In this document: positions 7,855-15,923 of the stretch, piece after piece
How positions within the stretch are numbered: the stretch's first letter is position 1
Layout of the letters: each line of letters starts with the position of its first letter
Assembly: GCF_037902255.1 (NCBI RefSeq)
Contig: NZ_CP147990.1
Coordinates: forward strand, 3,270,001-3,302,000
Length of the DNA stretch: 32,000 bases
Direction of reading: 5' to 3'
From: Candidatus Electrothrix sp. GW3-4
GTDB taxonomy: Bacteria; Desulfobacterota; Desulfobulbia; Desulfobulbales; Desulfobulbaceae
Translations under genes and position numbers: made by a program
The notes under the pieces: model-generated
The model's database searches: none
Seen by the model: only the letters and a program-made list of their open reading frames with translations
Told to the model about the DNA's origin: nothing

Positions 7855-8903
7855 TAGCCATTTTCCTGCTGTCGTTTTTTAAAGATATAAGCAAAGAACG
7901 GTCCACCGATAAGGGCGGTCAAAACCCCGATGGGAACCTCTGCCGGGAGCACAGCCCTGGTAACGGTATCGGCCAGGAGCAGAAGCAGCCCCCCACCCAA
8001 TGTGGAGAGAATGATCAGCTGGCGATTATCCGGGCCGATAAGATGGCGAAGGAGATGAGGGACAATCAAACCAACAAAACCGATAATTCCCGAGACCGAG
8101 ACACAGAGCGCCGTCATCAGGGAACAGGTGACAAGAAGAATCCAGCGCAGACGCACCGTATTCACGCCAAGGGTAGCGGCTGCCCTTTCTCCAGTGGCCA
8201 TGATATTCAAATCGCGGCTGTAGAACAGGCAAACCGCCATGCCGATCAGGGCCACAGGCAAGAGAAGGAGGATATTCTGGCGGGAAATTCCGGAAAGGGA
8301 GCCCATGAGCCAGAAAATAATAATACCGACTTGCTCGTCAGCAATAAATTTCAGAAACCCGATGGCTGCGGACAGGATAGCCGCCACAATCACTCCAGAC
8401 AGGATCAGACTGGTTGAAGAAAGCCGTCGGTCTTCAGAGGCAAGGGCCAAGACCGTAAACAGGGTCCCGATACTGCCCAAAAAGGCAAAGATCGGCACAG
8501 AAAGCGTTGACGGCAGAGCCAGCCCAACCACCTGGAGGACAATGACCAGGGAGGCTCCAAAGGCCGCACCTGAGGAAATCCCCAGAGTGTAGGGGTCTGC
8601 CAGCGGATTAAGGAGAATAGCCTGAAACACCGTGCCGCAGAGGGCCAGCATCCCCCCGACCAGCACTGCCGCCAAGATGCGGGGCAGACGCACATCCATA
8701 ACCACTGCCGTAACCACCGGATCAAATCCGGCATCCTTGCCGCTGAAAGAAAAAGCATGTCCGATGAGCTGCAAAACAGTTGCTGCGGGGATCTGCATAA
8801 ACCCCATAGTGGCTGACACAACCACAGCAACAAGCAGGAGGAGACACATGCCTCCCCCTGCTGCCCAAGAGAATCCTGACCGTGCAACCATTGATATCCG
8901 CAT
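7854..8903 (-). CDS. ABC transporter permease, FecCD/BtuC family
   Basis: The protein is polytopic and hydrophobic with FecCD-type motifs (DPYTLGISSGAAFGA, GIIGFVGLIVPHLLR). It is tightly packed between cbiK and the ATPase gene. Confidence 0.85.
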   Translation of the reverse strand: MRISMVARSGFSWAAGGGMCLLLLVAVVVSATMGFMQIPAATVLQLIGHAFSFSGKDAGFDPVVTAVVMDVRLPRILAAVLVGGMLALCGTVFQAILLNPLADPYTLGISSGAAFGASLVIVLQVVGLALPSTLSVPIFAFLGSIGTLFTVLALASEDRRLSSTSLILSGVIVAAILSAAIGFLKFIADEQVGIIIFWLMGSLSGISRQNILLLLPVALIGMAVCLFYSRDLNIMATGERAAATLGVNTVRLRWILLVTCSLMTALCVSVSGIIGFVGLIVPHLLRHLIGPDNRQLIILSTLGGGLLLLLADTVTRAVLPAEVPIGVLTALIGGPFFAYIFKKRQQENG

Positions 8904-8905
8904 CT

Positions 8906-9898
8906 TTATTTCATCACAATTTCCGCATCTGCGGTGGCATCACTGGCATGCCGGACAAAGATCTCCGCAAAGGCATCCAGCTCACCAAGCCCTCTCTTCA
9001 CCGGGACAACTTCGAAGCCTTCCTTTTCCAGAATCATCTGCCAGGACGGTTCCTCTGGATCGGTGCCAGCCATATCATTCATGGCGTGATCTCCGGCCAC
9101 GACCATGCAGGGCTTGAGCATCACCTTTTTCACGCCGCGCATTTTCAGCTTATCAATCACATCCTCAAGCGAAGGAAAGCCCTCTACATTACCGATCAGG
9201 GTGGTCACCTCAGGGTAGAGCTCCCGCATCCGGTCGGCAAGCTCAAGGTAGGCCCCTCCAGAGGGAAAATGCGCATTACCGTGTCCCATGTAGACCAGGG
9301 CTGCCCTTTCCTTGGCTGCCAGCTCGGCATCCGCAGCCAGAGCCTCTGCCGCAGCTGTGATATCTTCGGCATAGGGATGTTTCAAACCGTAGGTACCCAA
9401 GGCAGGGCGCCCGAGCACGACCTTATGAAAAGGTTTATATTTTTCTTTTTTTACCGTACCGAGATGCATCAGACTCTCCACATAGGTGCCGAGGTCAAGA
9501 AATTCTTCGCCCATAGCGATGTGGGTGGGCTGAATGACTATGGTGTCGTAGCCGATGTTTTGCAGGTCGGCAATGGTGGCCAGTACGGTTTTCACATGTA
9601 GGACATCTTCCGGGATTTCTGGATGCGCCTTGCTATAGGCGGGGTCCTCAGCCCGTCCCTGCCATTTCTTGCGGATGATATTGGAGGTGAAGGCAATTTT
9701 CACCGGGGTCTCCGGGTACTTCTCCATCATCTTGGTGCGGATATTCAGCAATCCTTGCAGAGCAGGCTCGACTGTTGTGCCGAACATGGCCAAAACAATG
9801 GCGTTTTTATGCTTCACCTTCCATCCCTCACTTGCCAGAGGAGCTTTTGCGCTGCACAGCAGCACGATCATAGCCAGAAACAACGAACGTAACTTCAT
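8906..9898 (-). CDS. cbiK: Sirohydrochlorin cobaltochelatase CbiK-type protein with an N-terminal signal peptide (periplasmic form)
   Basis: I moved the start to MKLRSLFLAMIVLLCSAKAPLAS, which is preceded by AGGGAG. The CbiK signatures are YMGHGNAHFPSGGAY and LKPCMVVAGDHAMNDMAG. Confidence 0.8.
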   Translation of the reverse strand: MKLRSLFLAMIVLLCSAKAPLASEGWKVKHKNAIVLAMFGTTVEPALQGLLNIRTKMMEKYPETPVKIAFTSNIIRKKWQGRAEDPAYSKAHPEIPEDVLHVKTVLATIADLQNIGYDTIVIQPTHIAMGEEFLDLGTYVESLMHLGTVKKEKYKPFHKVVLGRPALGTYGLKHPYAEDITAAAEALAADAELAAKERAALVYMGHGNAHFPSGGAYLELADRMRELYPEVTTLIGNVEGFPSLEDVIDKLKMRGVKKVMLKPCMVVAGDHAMNDMAGTDPEEPSWQMILEKEGFEVVPVKRGLGELDAFAEIFVRHASDATADAEIVMK

Positions 9899-9949
9899 GG
9901 GAATCTCCCTATCTTGTGCTGATCCGGGAGTTTTGATAGCATCAGCCAT

Positions 9950-9986
9950 AAAAAAACCCGGACCAATTAAAAAATTGATCCGGGAT
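9950..9986 (-). terminator. Intrinsic terminator forming the expression platform of the cobalamin riboswitch
   Basis: Read on the minus strand, the sequence is CCCGGATCAATTttttAATTGGTCCGGG followed by TTTTTTT. It lies between the aptamer and the cbiK start. Confidence 0.75.
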
Positions 9987-10019
9987 ATCCCTTCTGTACC
10001 CAGATAACGTCCATGCGGT

Positions 10020-10196
10020 TCAGGCCTTTGCCGAGGTTACTGAACATCTTTTTCAGGCAGGTTTTCTGACTTCCGGCTCTTTCTCCCCTGCGCCTTCCCG
10101 CCTGTTACAGACAGTGACATTATGCAGGTTCGTCCCCGGTTACAGCGGCGGGCCCGTCCCGGATTCACACCGGGTTCCCTTTTCATCCGACCATAT
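10020..10196 (-). promoter_or_regulatory. Cobalamin (B12) riboswitch aptamer
   Basis: Read on the minus strand, the core is AAAAGGGAACCCGGTGTGAATCCGGGACGGGCCCGCCGCTGTAACCGGGGACGAA. A B12-box-like GCCGGAAGTCAGAAAACCTGCC lies at 10056-10077. It sits upstream of the cbiK/ABC transporter operon. Confidence 0.85.
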
Positions 10197-10345
10197 AGTT
10201 ATATGTAACGGACACCTGAAAACAGACAATACTGTAGTCAAGGTAAGCAACGAAGTCAAGGAGGGAATGGTCATCACACCGCCCGATAAGGTCAGAAAAG
10301 GTATTTCCATCCTATCCCTCCGCACCTTATGATTTTTTTATATTC

Positions 10346-10708
10346 TCATTGATCCAGTTGAATGCAGCTGTGAGGCAATGCAGTGCTAATAATAATGGGC
10401 GTTGACTCAACTCTGGCCAGCTGCTTATATTTTTCCTCCTTGTCTTTGAAGCAGGATGACATTACAGGCGCCAATAATTGCCCTACAATGACATCAATAA
10501 GTTCACTTTGCTTCTCTGATCCACACTTCACTCCGAGTGCCTGCAGATCCTGTTGCATTCCCTCTCCCGTATCGGACCTCACAAGACGTCCTGTTTCCTC
10601 ATAGACACATTTTTCTTCTGATGCAGTTATATTCCCGGCCTGGGCATTAACAGTGATTAATAAAGTACAAAAAAACAAGAATATTGTGGGCTTTAAAAAA
10701 AAATGCAT
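10346..10708 (-). CDS. Small secreted Cys-containing hypothetical protein
   Basis: GAGGAG precedes the ATG. The signal peptide is MHFFLKPTIFLFFCTLLITVNAQA. The mature part contains four Cys. I recognise no family. Confidence 0.6.
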   Translation of the reverse strand: MHFFLKPTIFLFFCTLLITVNAQAGNITASEEKCVYEETGRLVRSDTGEGMQQDLQALGVKCGSEKQSELIDVIVGQLLAPVMSSCFKDKEEKYKQLARVESTPIIISTALPHSCIQLDQ

Positions 10709-10737
10709 TTTGCTCTCCTCAGCTGATTTGTTTTTTT

Positions 10738-10828
10738 ATAAACTCCCATCCCGACCCAGCGGACCGGGACAACAAAACATGAAAGGAGGAAAGCCTGGTC
10801 GGCTTCGCCAACCATTTTTACATAAATT
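10738..10828 (-). repeat. Structured intergenic repeat, copy E1 (5' of gene 10346..10708)
   Basis: Read on the minus strand: TTATGTAAAAA-[TGGTTGGCgaaGCCGACCA]-..CCTTTCATGTTTTGTTGTCCCGGTCCGCTGGGTCGGGATGGGAG. It shares its flanks and its second hairpin with copies at 15838, 16729 and 21708. Confidence 0.7.
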
Positions 10829-11046
10829 ACACCTTCAACATACTTATTTATCGAAGACTTCTCTCCTTATCGCCATTTTCCAACGCCTTTGAGCACCGCG
10901 TTTCACGTCCCTCTTGAACTTAGCGCCCTTCGGGCGGGTTTTTGATCCCTCAACATACTCACGACTTGAAACAGAGAATACCTAAGAAAACAAAAACATG
11001 AATAATATCAAGATGGGAAAATGAACATTCCTATACTATCAAGTTA

Positions 11047-11430
11047 TCAGAAAGGGCCAGGTGCTATCTTGACCGGCATTCCATCCGGGGATGCCGGATC
11101 AGCCAAGGCCTGCATCTGCACAGCCATGTGTTCGTTTCGAGTCTGGCTACTTATCGCAGCGCCTATCTTCAATCCAACCTCCTGGTTTACAAGCCCTATC
11201 AAGGGCCTATTTTGGGCTTGTTCGGTCATGACATCCCCCCGTATGCCATTCTTTATATCACTGAGCTCCTGGCTATTCTTTATTTGATCAACTTGCTCCG
11301 CACTCAGGAGGTCGTGAATTGAACCAGGAAGACTTATATCAATGGCCTTGGCGTTATCTGCTGAGCCTATGCAGGTAGCCAGTGTAATCAGTAGCGCTGC
11401 CCTTATAAGGATTACTTTTTTTACTTTCAT
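11047..11430 (-). CDS. Small secreted protein, subfamily 1 (with DG..IAP tail)
   Basis: AAAAAGGGAGG precedes the ATG. A signal peptide is followed by IDISLPGSIHDLLSAEQVDQIK. The C-terminus is ADPASPDGMPVKIAPGPF. It lies 68 nt downstream of collagen-like gene B. Confidence 0.8.
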   Translation of the reverse strand: MKVKKVILIRAALLITLATCIGSADNAKAIDISLPGSIHDLLSAEQVDQIKNSQELSDIKNGIRGDVMTEQAQNRPLIGLVNQEVGLKIGAAISSQTRNEHMAVQMQALADPASPDGMPVKIAPGPF

Positions 11431-11498
11431 CGTCTTTTCCTCCCTTTTTAATGAAACATTTCAAGCTGCCTTTTTAGCCCTTTCTCCAGAGCTCCCTT

Positions 11499-12917
11499 TC
11501 AACTCTGATCGGGCGCCGCTGTCACGGGTTCACATATAAGCCTGCCAGCAGAGTCTATCCCCCTGACCCACTCTCCTTCAGGGCATAGTTGTCCCTTTGG
11601 AAGAGGGAGGGGACTCAAGCCGCCCCCTGAAGCTGGATCCAGCTCTTGTGGATTGACCTTATCTTTTCCAATGGTATCAAACCGTTCTCCTTTTGCCCCT
11701 TGGGCTCCGGGATCGCCTTTTTCACCTTGAGGCCCCTGGATGCCAGGCTCCCCCTTATCACCCTTGTCCCCTTTTTCTCCTTGAGGGCCTATAGGTCCCC
11801 TGGGGCCAACAGGGCCTATGCGGCCTATAGGTCCTATTTTTCCTTGTATCCCCTGATCACCCTTTTCTCCTTTCGGCCCCTGAGCTCCGGCATCACCTTT
11901 ATCACCCTTGTCCCCTTTTTCTCCTTGAGGACCCTGGGCTCCGCCATCACCTTTATCACCCTTGTCCCCTTTTTCTCCTTGAGGACCCTGGGCTCCGGCA
12001 TCACCTTTATCACCCTTGTCCCCTTTTTCTCCTTGAGGACCCTGGGCTCCGGCATCACCTTTATCACCCTTATCCCCTTTTTCTCCTTGAGGACCCTGGA
12101 CGCCAGCATCACCTTTATCACCCTTGTCCCCTTTTTCTCCTTGAGGACCCTGGACGCCAGCATCACCTTTATCACCCTTGTCCCCTTTTTCTCCTTGAAG
12201 ACCCTGGACGCCAGCATCACCTTTACTCACCATGAGATCCCAGCATCCCTGAGGACCAAGATCATCTTGAGGAGGAACTCCCTGCATTGATTCGCAACAG
12301 GTATTTATATATGCGCTGCCATCATGTTGTACCATATTTCCAGCGAGATAAACCTCACCAGGACCCCATACCCCTCCCCAGGAGAAATCGATTTCTTCGC
12401 ATTCGTTTCCTGATTTAACTCCCGGTTCTTCTTTTACGCATACCTCTGCATAAGCAACAAGATACAAAGTCCCACCTGCATAAGAGGAGACATCAAATTC
12501 GTAGTTATCCTCATCAGTATTGAACAGGTCCTTATGGCTATTGCCGTACTGACCAGGTGCAGCAGTTGAAACATATCGGTCCCCCACATAGAGATGCGTT
12601 GCACTGAGAACATAATCGTTAAACAGGGCATAGGAGACCGTCAGCGTATTGTTCTGGTAGGAAACATGAAGGTCACCAACATGGGTAGCCTTATCAAGGC
12701 TGTTCCCCCCGGCACCTGCATAGATCGGCGTGTCATAATTATCGTTTTCTTTAAGGGTAAGCTGCCATCCCCATTTCTTTGTATCAAGAATCGAACTGAG
12801 TTCATCAGCGCCATAAGCGTAGGCACCTTCGCAGGATCCTGCCTCTCGGGAGTGGGCATTTACCGACGACAATAGCAAAAAAGCTAATAGCAGCAATCGG
12901 ATATTATTCTTTTTCAT
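11499..12917 (-). CDS. Secreted collagen-like (Gly-X-Y) protein B, paralog of 2828..4438
   Basis: I moved the start to MKKNNIRLLLLAFLLLSSVNAHS, which is preceded by GGGAGG. The architecture matches protein A, and the Cys positions and the WGWQ/PIYAGAG/LYVG/APGQYG motifs are conserved. The same CBM5/12-like pattern is present. About 60 Gly-X-Y triplets follow, with the unit [16 protein letters not shown](V/A)Q. The tail contains CPEGEWVRGIDSAGRLICEP. Confidence 0.9.
   Translation of the reverse strand: MKKNNIRLLLLAFLLLSSVNAHSREAGSCEGAYAYGADELSSILDTKKWGWQLTLKENDNYDTPIYAGAGGNSLDKATHVGDLHVSYQNNTLTVSYALFNDYVLSATHLYVGDRYVSTAAPGQYGNSHKDLFNTDEDNYEFDVSSYAGGTLYLVAYAEVCVKEEPGVKSGNECEEIDFSWGGVWGPGEVYLAGNMVQHDGSAYINTCCESMQGVPPQDDLGPQGCWDLMVSKGDAGVQGLQGEKGDKGDKGDAGVQGPQGEKGDKGDKGDAGVQGPQGEKGDKGDKGDAGAQGPQGEKGDKGDKGDAGAQGPQGEKGDKGDKGDGGAQGPQGEKGDKGDKGDAGAQGPKGEKGDQGIQGKIGPIGRIGPVGPRGPIGPQGEKGDKGDKGEPGIQGPQGEKGDPGAQGAKGERFDTIGKDKVNPQELDPASGGGLSPLPLPKGQLCPEGEWVRGIDSAGRLICEPVTAAPDQS
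11682..12221 (-). repeat. Coding 54-bp tandem repeat of collagen-like gene B (near-identical units at 11876-12221)
   Basis: The unit gaccctgggctccggcatcacctttatcacccttgtcccctttttctccttgag recurs in register at 11876, 11930, 11984, 12038, 12092 and 12146. Confidence 0.95.
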
Positions 12918-13239
12918 GATAATCCTCCCTGGTAATGGCGAAAGTAGCAACCCGGCTGTCTCTCGCATTGAGACCCGTGGCTTTCCGGCACCACCTCGCG
13001 GCGGTTGTGGTTTTATGTAATCTTTCTGAGTCGAACTCCTCCAATCGGCTCTGACCAGGAAAGACTGACTGTTTTTTAGAAACAGATGTTACAAATACTC
13101 TTTACAAATATTCAGCTATAATGACTCATTATATCATTGGCTATCCTCAAGGCGGGGCAAGAGGAATCACCGCATCCCTTCCGCAATGACTCCTCTCCGT
13201 ATAAATGTCGGTTTTAAACACGCCTTGGTGAAACCTGCC

Positions 13240-13614
13240 TTATTGTGTAAAAACCGGTGGGGCAAGCAAGGCAACCATGCCATCCGGATTATTCCGGTCA
13301 GAAAGCGTAGCCATCATCTGATCCTGAACCTGGGACTTGATCTGATCCTGCATGATCGTCGTCATCATGGGTTCCAGCACAGGTCGCATGGGTTTTGCGG
13401 CGCTCTGGGTATCAATAACCTGATCTCTCATACTATTCTTCATATCAACGACCTGGCCATTGCCCACTACTTGACTCACTGCATCCTGAATCAACGGGTC
13501 ACTTGAGGACACAGGAATACCGATATCTATCGCCAGCACCTGATTCGCCGGAATTGCAATAAGGGAAAACAACAGGACAATTTTAACAGCCGTTATTTTT
13601 TTGATACGTAACAT
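13240..13614 (-). CDS. Small secreted Met-rich protein, subfamily 2
   Basis: I moved the start to MLRIKK, which is preceded by AAGGAGG. A signal peptide is followed by IDIGIPVSSSDPLIQDAVSQVV. The Met-rich core is PMRPVLEPMMTTIMQDQIKSQVQDQMMATL, and the tail is SDRNNPDGMVALLAPPVFTQ. Confidence 0.8.
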   Translation of the reverse strand: MLRIKKITAVKIVLLFSLIAIPANQVLAIDIGIPVSSSDPLIQDAVSQVVGNGQVVDMKNSMRDQVIDTQSAAKPMRPVLEPMMTTIMQDQIKSQVQDQMMATLSDRNNPDGMVALLAPPVFTQ

Positions 13615-13736
13615 GGTGAATCCTCCTTTTTTCATTGTAAGCAGTAATTGCTCACTTCTTTCTTGCGGTCTCCTACCGCCTTCAAACATTGGTACTTTCT
13701 CTTATTTCAAACAGAGACTCGCCATCTTGTCCGGCA

Positions 13737-14093
13737 TCACTCCTGGTTGTCCGGATCAGATGCCGCACCCATTTGCGCCGTTCCATTGCCAATCTGAAAA
13801 CGTCCACTGACTTCTTTATCAACCACACCTCCAAGGACACCGCTCATAACCATCTTTGCGGCTGGCTTTTTGGCGACCTGCTCAGTTATCACCTGCCCCC
13901 TCATGCCGTTCCGTATCGCCAGGAGAGCAGGATCGGCCTTGACCGTTTCAATCTGCTCGGAGGTCAATACATCATGAATGGAAGATGGGAGAGTAATCTC
14001 CAATGCCCAGGCCTTACCTGTCAAACCTATGCATACAGACAATGCGCTCAACAACGCTGTCTTCGCAAATATATTCTTTTTTACCTGCAACAT
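13737..14093 (-). CDS. Small secreted protein, subfamily 1, tail-less variant
   Basis: AAAAAAAGGAGG precedes the ATG. A signal peptide is followed by LEITLPSSIHDVLTSEQIETVK. The protein ends ...AASDPDNQE and lacks the DG..IAPxxF tail. Confidence 0.75.
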   Translation of the reverse strand: MLQVKKNIFAKTALLSALSVCIGLTGKAWALEITLPSSIHDVLTSEQIETVKADPALLAIRNGMRGQVITEQVAKKPAAKMVMSGVLGGVVDKEVSGRFQIGNGTAQMGAASDPDNQE

Positions 14094-14213
14094 ATTATCC
14101 TCCTTTTTTTAGGTGACATCTCAAGCCCCTTTTACGTTACTCTCGTTACAAAATATCGCCTCACCTCTTCAGAATAAGAACCATTCCTTAATAATAACTT
14201 TATTATTATTAAA

Positions 14214-14228
14214 TGTCACATTGTGACA
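14214..14228. promoter_or_regulatory. Perfect 15-bp palindrome TGTCACA-T-TGTGACA, a candidate operator
   Basis: The palindrome is exact and lies about 120 nt upstream of the first gene (13737..14093) of the locus-B gene string, inside an AT-rich region. An extra TGTCA half-site follows 3 nt downstream. Confidence 0.35.
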
Positions 14229-15046
14229 CCTGTCAAGGGCTTTCAATATTTTTCAACCCTTAAACAAAAAAATAGTTATCACGCATCTATTCGAAACAAC
14301 TAATATAAAAAGAAGCAATAAAAACAGGTTCATTCAAGGTAAAGTTTATTATATAATAAATAATCATATAAAAATTCCTCACTATACCCGGTCACGATTA
14401 TGCGACGAACAAAACTAATGGCAGCGCAGTGCCCATTGTCATGACGGATAAAAATGCCGCTGACCAGCGCACCGGCAAAAAAACATTTAGAAAAAACGCT
14501 TACGTTCAGGGGAGTGAGATTATCCCGAAGCCGAGGCGTAGGCCCTGCCTGTCGATTCAGGAAAACAGCGCATGCAGTGGTATATTATTCAGAAGCATCT
14601 GAAAGAGGCCAAACCATGCTAACCTTGTGAGTTAATCGTGTGGATGGATACTGGAAGCAGCTGGTATTGGGAGAGTATGGGCAGGACAGCATAAGCAACT
14701 TATGCTGTTAACCGTACGTTTCTGCACAAGCTTATCAAACTTTTATTTCTTTTGGATTCTGTGCATTATTTCGGATACTATAATTTAAAAGTCGACCTGA
14801 CAGCCAAGCAGTACAGTTACTGCTACATCTGGCTTCTGTTTAAAACAGGAAGGGAAAAATCATTTTATAGCGCAGTCAAATTTATTCCTCCTCTTATCTA
14901 GAGGAGAATAACGGTATCTGTATGAGAAAAGAGTTGCTGGAAGAACCCAGCCAAAAAACTTTTGCTCTCCAGATAGGGCAAGATTGCAACTCTGTTGTTC
15001 CGCTATCCAAAAACCGTATCGATAATACTTAGCGAGGAGAGACGCC

Positions 15047-15769
15047 ATGCGAATAATACTTGTAATATTAACACTTTTATCCCTTCCAGCACCGTCCACC
15101 TATGCACAAGGAGAGTGGGTTATTGACCAAGAGACTCAATGTCAGGTGTGGGATTCTGACCCAAAGCGGAACCAGTCTATAACGTGGTCTGGGAAATGCC
15201 AAAACGGCAAAGCTCATGGTGAGGGCGTTGCGAGCTGGCACGAGGGAAACAAAGTGGTTGCCAGCATAAAAGGAAACATGAAAGAAGGTCGTTGCCAAAG
15301 TGAAGATTGCCTTGTGACAATTGCAGCAGGAAACAAAGAAGTAAAATATATCGGCCAACTCAAGGATAACGACCTACATGGTAAGGGAACATTAACCTGG
15401 CCCGATGGTAACGAATATTCAGGTGACTGGCTTAAGGGAAAGAGACATGGCAAGGGCAAGTTTACCTGGAAGAACGGTACGGAATACAATGGCGATTGGC
15501 AAGATGATAAAAGTACCGGTAAAGGGACATTTATTTGGGTTGACCGTGATGAAAAAAAATATATTGGTGAAGTGAAGGACGGTAATTTTCACGGAAATGG
15601 CGTCATGTTATACACAAACGGCGATAAATATTCAGGAAGCTGGGCTGACGGCAAGCGACACGGCAAGGGAAACTACACCTTCAAAGATGGTACTACCTAC
15701 AAAGGAATATGGGAGAACGACAAGAGGATACAGCTGTTTCCTCGGTTAAGAGATTTTCTGTTTTTGTGA
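15047..15769 (+). CDS. Secreted MORN-repeat protein B, paralog of 5113..5829
   Basis: GAGGAGAG precedes the ATG. The signal peptide is MRIILVILTLLSLPAPSTYA. The repeat layout matches protein A, and the C-terminal tail RIQLFPRLRDFLF is identical. Confidence 0.85.
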   Translation: MRIILVILTLLSLPAPSTYAQGEWVIDQETQCQVWDSDPKRNQSITWSGKCQNGKAHGEGVASWHEGNKVVASIKGNMKEGRCQSEDCLVTIAAGNKEVKYIGQLKDNDLHGKGTLTWPDGNEYSGDWLKGKRHGKGKFTWKNGTEYNGDWQDDKSTGKGTFIWVDRDEKKYIGEVKDGNFHGNGVMLYTNGDKYSGSWADGKRHGKGNYTFKDGTTYKGIWENDKRIQLFPRLRDFLFL

Positions 15770-15837
15770 GTCGGATTCAACAACTACCAGAGCAGGATAG
15801 CAAGGTATTACGGGGCCAAAAGCGCGGCTAACGCGAC

Positions 15838-15923
15838 GGTCCCGTTCCAGCGGACTGGGACAACCAAAGATGAAAGGTGGTCGAGCGATTTACATCGCCT
15901 CACCCGGCACGTTCATATAACGG
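15838..15923 (-). repeat. Structured intergenic repeat, copy E3 (orphan; no gene follows it)
   Basis: Read on the minus strand: TTATATGAACG-[hairpin GAGGCGATgtaaATCGCTC]-CACCTTTCATCTTTGGTTGTCCCAGTCCGCTGGAACGGGAC. This is followed at 15815-15837 by CGCGttagcCGCG plus CTTTTGG. Confidence 0.6.

Noticed and set aside
8026-9601. Antisense or alternative-frame ORFs over the ABC transporter and cbiK genes (for example 8882..9601 +, 8632..9117 +, 8405..8887 -, 7243..7782 +, 7248..7637 +)
   Set aside because: They overlap genes with clear family motifs on the minus strand. Their compositions (Arg/Pro/Ser-rich) are typical of non-coding frames.
10114-10332. ORFs 10114..10332 + and 10140..10325 -
   Set aside because: They overlap the cobalamin riboswitch aptamer and its upstream region. 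They have no SD and no recognisable protein features.
10653-10892. Plus-strand ORFs through the structured repeats (10653..10892 +, 21638..21841 +, and short MKGG... peptides starting at the ATGAAAGG inside each copy)
   Set aside because: The shared KLPSRPSGPG segment merely reflects nucleotide conservation of the repeat. Downstream of the ATG the peptides diverge completely and have different lengths, while the underlying hairpins co-vary. That pattern fits an RNA or DNA structure rather than a coding sequence.
11646-12290. ORFs 11646..12290 + and 11834..12220 - across the collagen-B repeats
   Set aside because: This is the same repeat-periodicity artefact as in gene A.
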